32,000 nucleotides of DNA from Candidatus Peregrinibacteria bacterium. Lineage in GTDB: Bacteria; Patescibacteriota; Gracilibacteria; UBA1369; PNNO01. This document shows, piece after piece, positions 17,937 through 25,295 of this stretch. The notes below the pieces were generated by a model that made no database searches, was not told the DNA's origin, and saw only the letters and a list, made by a program, of their open reading frames with translations. Positions within the stretch are counted from its first letter, which is position 1. Each line of letters opens with the position of its first letter. The stretch lies in contig WJKT01000042.1 in NCBI GenBank assembly GCA_014728955.1, positions 6,211 to 38,210 of the forward strand, given 5' to 3'. The position numbers were made by a program, and so were the translations under genes.

Positions 17937-18314
17937 ATGAAGCATCGGTTCTCACATCAACGTGCGTTAATACGGAAGATATTAACCGATTACAAAGGAC
18001 ATTTAAGTGCTGAAGAAATTTATGAACGTGTTCTTAAACACGAGCCTTCCATGAGCTTGGGAACTGTATATCGTAATTTACATGTATTGGAGGGGATGGG
18101 AGAAATACGAAAATTAATGGTGAAGGAAAAAGCTTTATATGAAGGGGAAAGAAAGCCTCATCATCATATAATATGTACACGATGCGGAATGGTAAAAAAT
18201 GTATATAAACCGGCCCATTTAAAATGTGAAAAATGTCTTTCCTGGGTTCATGATTTTACGGTTGAGGAAGCATTTATCACAGCGTACGGCGTATGTAAAC
18301 AATGCAAAAAATAA
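17937..18314 (+). CDS. fur: Fur-family metalloregulator (Fur/Zur/PerR type not resolved)
   Basis: Winged-helix segment HLSAEEIYERV...SLGTVYRNLHVLEGMGEI, an HHHIICTRCG metal/Zn motif and C-terminal CKQC. Divergent from the ferredoxin gene. Confidence 0.85.
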   Translation: MKHRFSHQRALIRKILTDYKGHLSAEEIYERVLKHEPSMSLGTVYRNLHVLEGMGEIRKLMVKEKALYEGERKPHHHIICTRCGMVKNVYKPAHLKCEKCLSWVHDFTVEEAFITAYGVCKQCKK

Positions 18315-18316
18315 TA

Positions 18317-18661
18317 CTATCGTTGATGCGCAACCTGCTTTAATTGGTTCGCAAGAAGTGTTCCCTGTTTTTTTGTAATATTATGATTTTTTGAGGTTAA
18401 AATGCCGTTTTCATATTCAACGCCAAGGAATACATGTAAGGTGAAAAGATCATCTTCGTCCAGCCCCTGTAACATAAGCCTTTCCTGGAGCTCGTGTGTC
18501 ACGTCATCAAGGTGATAGGCGTGGTAAGCGCAAATATGGTCTAGATAGTCACTAAACTCATTGACGTTACTTATTTTTGATAAAGTTTTTTTGACGCTAT
18601 ACGGGAGCGATCTCGGGGGAGGGAAATCATCGGACGGAGGAATGTCGTCAGAAATACTCAT
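18317..18661 (-). CDS. Hypothetical acidic protein, 114 aa
   Basis: ORF with host-like composition. No motif recognised. Confidence 0.45.
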   Translation of the reverse strand: MSISDDIPPSDDFPPPRSLPYSVKKTLSKISNVNEFSDYLDHICAYHAYHLDDVTHELQERLMLQGLDEDDLFTLHVFLGVEYENGILTSKNHNITKKQGTLLANQLKQVAHQR

Positions 18662-18748
18662 TGTTTATGTATAAAATATAAGGCGAAGATTACTGTAGCA
18701 CTAAGGAGAAAAACTGTAAATAGATAAGTTGCAAAAACATGATACACT

Positions 18749-19135
18749 ATGCCCATGAAAACCATATATCTTGTTGGCAATGCACTGGTCCCGGAAGATG
18801 CACTGCCGTTGCACATAAAAGAACAATTAGTAAAGCAATTTCCGAATATAACCTTTAAAGAATTCGATCCAACGGAGAATCTTCCTGAGGATAGTCCGGA
18901 GCTTACAATGATAGACACGGTTCAGGGGATTGATCGTGTTTGTGTATTTCGGGAGATTGATTCATTTTCCAGCCAAAAAGCTTATTCGATGCATGATTTT
19001 GATCTTGGTTGGCAATTAAAGCTATATAAAAAAATGGGAAAGGTTGAAAAGGTAACGATTATTGGCATTCCCATGGGAATGGATGAAAACACGGCCTATG
19101 CCCAAGTAGCCAAGGAAATCGGTCGTTTAATGTAA
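18749..19135 (+). CDS. [NiFe]-hydrogenase maturation endopeptidase (HycI/HyaD-like)
   Basis: Aligns by eye with E. coli HycI: IYLVGNALVPEDAL versus LLCVGNSMMGDDGAG, MIDTVQG versus IVDATDMG, YSMHDFDLG versus TTHNMPLNY, VTIIGIP versus VIFLGIQP. The acidic, Asp and His metal-ligand positions are kept. The adjacent large subunit has a cleavable C-terminal extension. Confidence 0.6.
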   Translation: MPMKTIYLVGNALVPEDALPLHIKEQLVKQFPNITFKEFDPTENLPEDSPELTMIDTVQGIDRVCVFREIDSFSSQKAYSMHDFDLGWQLKLYKKMGKVEKVTIIGIPMGMDENTAYAQVAKEIGRLM

Positions 19136-19147
19136 AGATTTATAGGA

Positions 19148-20143
19148 TTAGAGGAGGCGTGTGATTTTATTTGATGCATCTCGCACTTCAAGGCGTATCT
19201 GTTCTTCGGTGCTGCCCGAGGGGTATTGAAGATGAAAAGCAGTTTCGTTCGGTTGTTTTTTGTAGCGGCGATTTAATGGTTCACGATGGGTGATAAGCGA
19301 ATCATCCGGATGAAGAACGTGTGATTGAAATACGCGGACTCTTGTAGCGATACAAACGTGATAGGGAAGATCCGAATGCAGATTGTCTTTGAGCGTGACG
19401 TCACCTTCTATTATATGGTCCGGATCGGTTGTTGGTGTATCTTTGGAAACTGTAAAAAACGTTCCCAGGTCAACGGGACGACGATGATCATTTTTTGTTT
19501 TGTGTAAAAGAACACTGAGAGATATTTCTTGTGGAATTATGATAGTTGAGTCTGACGCAAACTGTTTGGCGTTCTCGCTAATTGCAAGTTGTGGTTCATA
19601 AAGCAGTGCTCTGCCCATTGCTTCGCTTATTACAAGATCCGGTGTAGATGATGGAGTATAGGTTGCTGCATCATGATGCACAATGGTAGGGAAGTACTCA
19701 GTAAGGTCAAGTTGTTCAATAAGTTTTTGAACGCATTGTAAAGCGCCTTCTTGGATATCAACCAAAGTGAATTGGATTTCTTGTGATGAAAAATGATGTG
19801 TAAGGGGAAGTGCGAGCGTAGCAAAAGGACCACATCCCATATAGGCGATAGAAAGCGTTTTGTAGGGGTGTTTTTCTTGCAGCGTTTTAATGGCTGCATA
19901 AATACCCTGTATAAAAATAGTGGTTCGTTCGGTGTCAAGCATGCAATGGGCTGCTTCAACCGGGGCAATACATGATCCTTTGGGGGTGGTAATATGTTCT
20001 TGATGTTCCCATAAATCTTGTTCAATAGCATCTTCCAGCTCATGAAAAAGTTTGATAATTGAAACACGTGTTTTTTTGCTGCTGGGAGGTTCAATAATAT
20101 GCTGTGCCGTTTCTTCCAGTTGCTCGGTGAGATATTCTTTCAT
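19148..20143 (-). CDS. Class I SAM-dependent methyltransferase-like protein with PRMT-like motifs, 331 aa
   Basis: Motif I-like LSIAYMGCGPFATLAL, acidic post-I FTLVDIQE, and DLVISEAMGRALLYE, which resembles the PRMT double-E loop (xxIISEWMGYxLLxE). Same strand as the hydrogenase large subunit, starting 60 nt after it. Confidence 0.45.
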   Translation of the reverse strand: MKEYLTEQLEETAQHIIEPPSSKKTRVSIIKLFHELEDAIEQDLWEHQEHITTPKGSCIAPVEAAHCMLDTERTTIFIQGIYAAIKTLQEKHPYKTLSIAYMGCGPFATLALPLTHHFSSQEIQFTLVDIQEGALQCVQKLIEQLDLTEYFPTIVHHDAATYTPSSTPDLVISEAMGRALLYEPQLAISENAKQFASDSTIIIPQEISLSVLLHKTKNDHRRPVDLGTFFTVSKDTPTTDPDHIIEGDVTLKDNLHSDLPYHVCIATRVRVFQSHVLHPDDSLITHREPLNRRYKKQPNETAFHLQYPSGSTEEQIRLEVRDASNKITRLL

Positions 20144-20203
20144 AGCGAAAAAATAAGAGTAAAAAGGAAGTTATTGTATATATACTCTTATATTTGTCAA
20201 TTT

Positions 20204-21514
20204 CTATTTGGATTTTTTCCAATTAATGGTGAGGAAGTGTGTTGCACAACTCATGCAGGGGTCATATGCGCGGATAAGCTTTTCAATTTCCATGCGCACA
20301 TGATCTTTGTCCATATTTTCTCCATCTTTGTCCAGATAGGTTTGCACCAAATGCCGTATATCATTTTCTATATTAATTTGATTCTGAGCCGTAGGGACAA
20401 CTACTTCAGCATCGGTAATTTTCCCTTCTTTATCGAGCTGTATATAGTGATATAGCGTTCCTCGCGGCGCTTCTACAACGCCAACACCGTCTCCCGCTTT
20501 GATAGGAATGCTATCAGGCGGTTCAGGGGTAACGGTATGGGTCTCAATAAGCTCTATCGCATGGTCGATTGAATGCAGTATTTCAATAGCTTGAGCTAGA
20601 TTATTGTGATACACATCAATCGAAGGGAAACGATCAATATATTTTTTTGCATTTTTTTTTGTATTGTCGTGAAGTGCTTCACTATTCACATTAAGGCGGG
20701 CCAACGAGCCAACCATATATTCTTTTCCTTGTAAGGTGTAAGCCTTGGCTGTTGAATAAGGAATAACCACTTCTTTTAGCTGTGTTCGAAATTCCCGTTC
20801 CGGCACGCAAAAATTACCTTCACTGCAGAGAGCGGGTCCCTCCAAAAAGCTGAAATCTTTCGTTTTTAAACCGACAAATTTTGTTTTCCGTTCAAGGCTA
20901 AATGGGCAGTTGTCAAAAATATCCATTAAAAATAACACTTTTTCCCGTATGGATTTTAGTTCTTTTTTGCTGTTTTCCAATTGCTCTTTTGTTGGATATT
21001 TTACAAATCCGCCAACCATAGGGAAAGGAGCGTGAACGGCTCTGCCTCCGACGTACGTTGATAAGTTATTCCCGGCTCTTTTAATGTCAAACATGTCATG
21101 CAAAAGCTTATGTTCGGTTTTGTCGTTTTCATCAAAGGCCAATACTGAATCTTTTCCGATAACATCTGGTAATGCAAAAACATATAAATGTAATGCGTGA
21201 TCCCGTATCATCAGGCCATAGGTAAGCAGTTTACGTAACATGGTTGTTTGCTCTGAAGGTTCATAATTAAGAGCATCTTCAATAGCTTCAATAGCGGCCA
21301 ATAGGTGCGCTATACTACAGGTTCCGCATATGCGTGAAAGCAATTGAGGAACTTGTTTATAGGGTTTTCCTAAGATGGCTTTTTCAAAAAAACGTTTGTT
21401 TTCCATAATCTTAAATTCAACTCCTTCGATTTTATTGTCTTTGATATAGACATCCATATCTAAATGCCCTTCAATTTTTGAAAGCCCTTCTATGGAAATA
21501 TTTACCTGATGCAT
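20204..21514 (-). CDS. [NiFe]-hydrogenase large subunit (soluble, group 3-like)
   Basis: N-terminal IEGLSKIEGHLDMDV, L1 motif RICGTCSIAH and C-terminal DPCMSCATH, giving all four Ni-Fe cysteines. A 10-aa extension FLTINWKKSK follows; extensions like this are removed by a maturation protease. Confidence 0.9.
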   Translation of the reverse strand: MHQVNISIEGLSKIEGHLDMDVYIKDNKIEGVEFKIMENKRFFEKAILGKPYKQVPQLLSRICGTCSIAHLLAAIEAIEDALNYEPSEQTTMLRKLLTYGLMIRDHALHLYVFALPDVIGKDSVLAFDENDKTEHKLLHDMFDIKRAGNNLSTYVGGRAVHAPFPMVGGFVKYPTKEQLENSKKELKSIREKVLFLMDIFDNCPFSLERKTKFVGLKTKDFSFLEGPALCSEGNFCVPEREFRTQLKEVVIPYSTAKAYTLQGKEYMVGSLARLNVNSEALHDNTKKNAKKYIDRFPSIDVYHNNLAQAIEILHSIDHAIELIETHTVTPEPPDSIPIKAGDGVGVVEAPRGTLYHYIQLDKEGKITDAEVVVPTAQNQINIENDIRHLVQTYLDKDGENMDKDHVRMEIEKLIRAYDPCMSCATHFLTINWKKSK

Positions 21515-21520
21515 AAACGC

Positions 21521-22039
21521 TTATGAGTGATTAGTAATAGAGTCTGATTGATCGATAATCTTGAATTTTTTGAGGTATTTATCGACTACTTCTATAAATG
21601 TTTTTTCTATCATGGGGCATCCTGGAACTTTATCGTCAACATCAACAAGTTCATGTAGTGCATAGACCGTATCGGCCTGATCAAACTGCAGCAGATATGG
21701 TGAGATTTCTTTTTTCAGTTTGTCGTCAAAATTGTTTCGGTGCCCGGAAGGGAGCCCGGTAACAGCACATGAACCGATAGCAACAATATACTGAGAATTT
21801 TTTCTTATTTTAAGAAGCTTTTCTTTATCTTTATCCGAAGCGATAGCTCCTTCAACAAAGGCAACATCAATATCTGAAAGAGTATTGTTGCTTTGCAATA
21901 CATTGGCATGTCGGAATTCGAAGAGTTTTTTGAATGCAAAAAAATTATCGTTGAGCATTTCAACGAACATAATGGTTGAATCCTCGCAACAGGTAAAGGA
22001 AAACCAGCCTATTTTTAATTTTTTTTGCTTTGTCGTCAT
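21521..22039 (-). CDS. Minimal [NiFe]-hydrogenase small subunit (172 aa, proximal cluster only)
   Basis: From Met15 of the track ORF (ATG at 22039): WFSFTCCEDS, IGSCAVTGLPSG, VPGCP. That is exactly four Cys and no Tat signal. The stop is 6 nt before the large-subunit start. Confidence 0.8.
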   Translation of the reverse strand: MTTKQKKLKIGWFSFTCCEDSTIMFVEMLNDNFFAFKKLFEFRHANVLQSNNTLSDIDVAFVEGAIASDKDKEKLLKIRKNSQYIVAIGSCAVTGLPSGHRNNFDDKLKKEISPYLLQFDQADTVYALHELVDVDDKVPGCPMIEKTFIEVVDKYLKKFKIIDQSDSITNHS

Positions 22040-22086
22040 CAACGCTAAACATATCGTACTATTCCTTTGTACGCAAGACAAAGCTA

Positions 22087-23460
22087 TTAAAAATAAAGAT
22101 CCCGCTCACCTTCTTCTATACGGATGAGACGCTCTTTTGTTTTTTCACGAACATCTTCGGATGGGATGTGATTGGTATAGTGCGTAATGATTGCTTCACC
22201 TTTTTCTTTTACGGAAGGAGAGGCGTAATCCTCCAGATATTCTTTAAGTGTTAAAATAGCGTTGGGGCGGCAAAAATTATGGATTTCCCCCGGTTTGGCA
22301 ATGTCCATAAAATCTTGTCCGGTTCGACCGAGGCGATAACAGGCAGTACAGAAACTCGGAAGCAATCCTTCATCCAAAATGCCCTCAATTACCTCGTCAA
22401 CACTGCGTTCATCGGAAAGGGTGAATTGTTTGAGGTCTTTTTGTCTGCCATACCCTCCGGGTGAAGTGCATGATGCCGCACTGGTCTGAGAAATTCCTAT
22501 CTCAAATGCTTTTTTGCGGACAGAAGGCGTTTCGCGTGTTGAAATAATCATGCCGGTATACGGCGTGCTTAAACGCAAAATAGCGATAATTTTTAAAATT
22601 TCTTTTTCACTGACTGTATGTGGCCATTTATCTTTAACTGTCTCGGCAGGCTGTAAGCGCGGAACCGAAAAGGTATGAGGGCCAACACCGTATTTTTTAT
22701 CCAAATACTGCCCGTGTGAAATTAACGCGAGAGTATCATACCGCCAGTCATATAGGCCATACAAAACTCCTAAGCCAATATCGTCTATACCAGCTTCAAA
22801 CGCTCTGTCATGAGCAAAAAGCTGTCTTTCATAATCAGCTTTTGGTCCTTTGTGCAGTTTTTCGTAGGTTGGTCGGTGATACGTTTCTTGAAACAATTGA
22901 TAGGTGCCGATGCCAACGTCTTTCAATTTTTTATAATCCTCGACAGATGTAGCGGCAATATTAACATTTACTCTCCTAATATCTCCTTTTCCTTCTTTTA
23001 CCGAGTAAATTCTTTTAATGACATCAATAACATAATCGATAGGTGTTTCACCCGGGTGCTCGCCAAATTCCAATAAAAGCCGTTTATGACCCATATTAAT
23101 AAGAACCCGTGTTTGTTGTTCTACTTCATCCAGACTTAATTTTTTACGTTTCATTTTATTGCGAATGTGGAATCCACAATATTCGCAGTCGTTTACGCAA
23201 TAATTTGATACGTAAAGTGGTGCAAACAGAACCAGTCTTTCTCCATAAATTTCTTTTTTGATTTTCCACGCCGATTTGAACATATTTTCTGTGTATTTTG
23301 GATCGGCGTTTATCAAAACTGCAGATTCCTCTAAAGAAAGTCCTTTCATTTTTTCGGCTTTTGATAGGACTTGCATTATTTGATTTTCTGTTGGATTTTT
23401 CGTTTCTTCAAGGAGTTTCTCAATCTTTTCCGAGTCAAATATCTCACGTATTTTTGACAT
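22087..23460 (-). CDS. hydG: Radical SAM tyrosine lyase HydG ([FeFe]-hydrogenase-type CO/CN synthase)
   Basis: CX3CX2C at C88/C92/C95 (YVSNYCVNDCEYCGF), then FQETYH, SVPRL and SAAS. The C-terminal auxiliary-cluster motif PSFCTACYRLGRTGQDFM...C(RPNA) is CX2CX22C by my count; HydG has it and ThiH lacks it. Confidence 0.85.
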   Translation of the reverse strand: MSKIREIFDSEKIEKLLEETKNPTENQIMQVLSKAEKMKGLSLEESAVLINADPKYTENMFKSAWKIKKEIYGERLVLFAPLYVSNYCVNDCEYCGFHIRNKMKRKKLSLDEVEQQTRVLINMGHKRLLLEFGEHPGETPIDYVIDVIKRIYSVKEGKGDIRRVNVNIAATSVEDYKKLKDVGIGTYQLFQETYHRPTYEKLHKGPKADYERQLFAHDRAFEAGIDDIGLGVLYGLYDWRYDTLALISHGQYLDKKYGVGPHTFSVPRLQPAETVKDKWPHTVSEKEILKIIAILRLSTPYTGMIISTRETPSVRKKAFEIGISQTSAASCTSPGGYGRQKDLKQFTLSDERSVDEVIEGILDEGLLPSFCTACYRLGRTGQDFMDIAKPGEIHNFCRPNAILTLKEYLEDYASPSVKEKGEAIITHYTNHIPSEDVREKTKERLIRIEEGERDLYF

Positions 23461-24719
23461 TAATCTAGGGTTAGTTTTTCCTCAAGCATCTTATAACTCT
23501 CATCAGTATTGTAAAGACCGTATTTTTCCCACATTCTGGTATTGAGCGCCTCTTTTCGCTTATATATCTCGTAATGTTCTGCATATTTTTCCGGTGTTAG
23601 ATTGAACATAAGTGAGTTTGCACCTGCCTGAATTGCATTTTTCCTTCCGTTAACCGGATCAAGTGTCTCAAGTGCAGTAACTACAGGAATTTTTGTATCT
23701 TTCATTTCCAGTCTTAAAATCGAAATCATTTTTAAATTCATCTCTTCCGTTCCGGGATTGTCATTCTCAAAAGGGGTGTGTTTGCAGGGAACAAAAGGTC
23801 CCATAGAAATCATGTCGAACTTGTTTTCGCGCATTGTAATTATGTCGTCGGCCAGATCAGAAATAGTTTGTCCGGGTAGTCCAATAATCGACCCTGAGGC
23901 AATAAAATAATTGAGTTCCTTCATAAATTTTAAGTGCTCTATGCGAGTTTTTAAATCTTTCCCGTTTTTATGAATTTTCTTAAAAAGATCGGGATTTGAA
24001 CTTTCAAATCTAAACAAAACGCCATTTGCTCCGGCTTCTCGCAGTTCTTTATACGTCTCATAATCTCTTTGTCCGATGCTCATAAATATAAACACCCGGG
24101 TTTTTTCTTTGATTTTTTTGACCATTTCAACCAGCTTTTCTTTCGTGTAGTATGGATCATCTCCAGATTGAAGAACTATTAATTTATAACCTTTTCCTCG
24201 CACAGCTTCATCAACGGTTTCAACAATTTCATCGATTGGCATTCTGTATCTTTTAATTGTCGCGTTCTCTTTCCTGAGGCCGCAATAAGCGCAGTCATTA
24301 ATACAGTAATTTGAAAATTCAATAATTCCGTGGATGCAGAAAAAATCGTTAATGTTCGCTCGGCGCATCATATCGGCTTCGCTAAAAAGGGCTTCTGCCT
24401 CACGGCCTTCGCACTTTAACAAATATTCAATCTCTTCTTTTTCAAGAGGTCTTTCTTTAGAATTTTTAATAATTTTGACAAATTGGGGATCCAATGTATC
24501 CGGATCTGTTTTTTGAACGTGTTCAAGCAGCTCCAAAATCTCTTTTGCATCTTTTTTATCGACTTTTTGGACGGCAATATCCGACATATACAAAACCCAG
24601 TCACCAACTGTTACCTCGGAGACAGCTTTTATAGAGATGGTTTTTTGAACGTCTCCTTGTTTGATGACGGCCTTATTTCCATGTATTTTAACAACTTTTG
24701 CCGGGATGGTAAGGCACAT
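23460..24719 (-). CDS. hydE: Fusion protein: N-terminal HypC/HupF-like domain (aa 1-~70) joined to radical SAM HydE (aa ~95-419)
   Basis: MCLTIPAKVVKIHGNKAVIKQGDV...VGDWVLYMSDIAVQKVDKKDAKEILELL matches the HypC pattern MC(L/I)xxPxxxxxIxGNxAxV...VGxWVLxHxGxA, including the essential Cys2. The rest aligns closely with Thermotoga HydE as I recall it: IIEFSNYCINDCAYCGLR (C139/C143/C146), KRYRM..EIVE, IVLQSGDDPY, GSIIGLPGQTISDLADD, FDMISMGPFVP. The stop overlaps the hydG start (TAATG). Confidence 0.85.
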   Translation of the reverse strand: MCLTIPAKVVKIHGNKAVIKQGDVQKTISIKAVSEVTVGDWVLYMSDIAVQKVDKKDAKEILELLEHVQKTDPDTLDPQFVKIIKNSKERPLEKEEIEYLLKCEGREAEALFSEADMMRRANINDFFCIHGIIEFSNYCINDCAYCGLRKENATIKRYRMPIDEIVETVDEAVRGKGYKLIVLQSGDDPYYTKEKLVEMVKKIKEKTRVFIFMSIGQRDYETYKELREAGANGVLFRFESSNPDLFKKIHKNGKDLKTRIEHLKFMKELNYFIASGSIIGLPGQTISDLADDIITMRENKFDMISMGPFVPCKHTPFENDNPGTEEMNLKMISILRLEMKDTKIPVVTALETLDPVNGRKNAIQAGANSLMFNLTPEKYAEHYEIYKRKEALNTRMWEKYGLYNTDESYKMLEEKLTLD

Positions 24720-24744
24720 GAATATCTGGTAACGCTATTACTAT

Positions 24745-24772
24745 TTTATAAAAAATCTTTGGTGGGCCTCAA
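24745..24772 (-). promoter_or_regulatory. Candidate promoter of the hypC-hydE/hydG/hydrogenase operon
   Basis: On the minus strand: TTGAGG (24772-24767), 16 nt, TATAAA (24750-24745), about 25 nt upstream of the ATG at 24719. The -35 element overlaps the tRNA-3'-end-like repeat. Confidence 0.3.
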
Positions 24773-24842
24773 CGACCACGGATTTAACCAGGGAGGCACA
24801 GGTACCTTATCTACCACGGCTGGAACCGACTGACAGTAAGGT
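24766..24842 (-). other. GC-rich double hairpin ending in a tRNA-3'-end-like AGGCCCACCA and a T6 run. Function unresolved: terminator of the 24951 gene, operon leader or relic tRNA half.
   Basis: Hairpin 1 (24804-24842) pairs ACCTTA/TAAGGT, then CTGTCA/TGGTAG (two G-U pairs), then CGG/CCG. Hairpin 2 (24766-24797) pairs GCCTC/GAGGC around an imperfect T-arm-like stem, GG-TTAAAT-CC. On the minus strand CCACCAAAGATTTTTT follows. The region is far more GC-rich than other spacers here. Confidence 0.3.
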
Positions 24843-24950
24843 TACGAATGGTTTTGTTGAGCGGGTTATTAGAGATATAAAGCAATACTTAGCACGTAAC
24901 AGTTTAACACTTTGTGCAGAATTGTTGAATAGGACTCTAAAATGAATAAT

Positions 24951-25295
24951 CTACCTTCTTAAGTAAATTCCAAGAAGAAGGAGCGCAATTATAACTAATA
25001 GTACAATTACAATATTGGAAATAAGGAACTGAAATAGTGGAATTAAGATTATTAATGCTAATCCAAGTACATAATAAACAACAGGGGCGATAACTGGCCA
25101 CAGTTCTCCAAAGATAAATATGAAAATGGTGAAAATTATTATGCTTTCAAATAGTCCAACAAAGGTTTGAAGCAAGTTTATTGTTGAGGAATTTTTTTGT
25201 TTTTCTTCATTTGACTGAGTGAAATATCCAAAGAAGATAATATATAGCTTGCTCTTTTGTTTTGCCTTTTTGTCTTTAATTTTTGTATCTTGCAT
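24951..25295 (-). CDS. Small membrane protein, 114 aa, Lys-rich N-terminus and 3 TM segments
   Basis: ORF with strongly hydrophobic segments (IIIFTIFIFIFGELWPVIAPVVYYVLGLALIILIPLF...VIVLLVIIALLLLGI). Very AT-rich. No family recognised. Confidence 0.5.
   Translation of the reverse strand: MQDTKIKDKKAKQKSKLYIIFFGYFTQSNEEKQKNSSTINLLQTFVGLFESIIIFTIFIFIFGELWPVIAPVVYYVLGLALIILIPLFQFLISNIVIVLLVIIALLLLGIYLRR

Noticed and set aside
17838-17945. 36-codon extension of the ferredoxin ORF, and likewise 22040..22081 for the hydrogenase small subunit
   Set aside because: The extensions run through AT-rich promoter-like sequence or the upstream spacer. The internal Met starts give proteins of family-typical length.
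18658-18918. 86-aa ORF on the minus strand overlapping the maturation-protease gene
   Set aside because: It overlaps a plus-strand ORF with HycI-like motifs, and its own product has low-complexity Ser/Gly/Phe content.
22087-23460. ThiH (thiazole biosynthesis tyrosine lyase) instead of HydG
   Set aside because: The C-terminal CX2CX22C auxiliary-cluster motif (CTACYRLGRTG...C) is present; HydG has it and ThiH lacks it. No thi genes are nearby, and the gene is coupled to HydE and a hydrogenase.
24760-24870. SRP (4.5S) RNA, tmRNA or a complete second tRNA in the GC-rich spacer
   Set aside because: One stretch loosely resembles E. coli 4.5S (CAGCC..GG.AGAT...TGTGCC), but the GGAA tetraloop and domain IV core are absent. 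No 5' strand (GGGCCTC) exists to pair with the acceptor-like 3' end. No D arm or 7-nt anticodon loop can be formed. A ~350-nt tmRNA would overlap the 24951 CDS.
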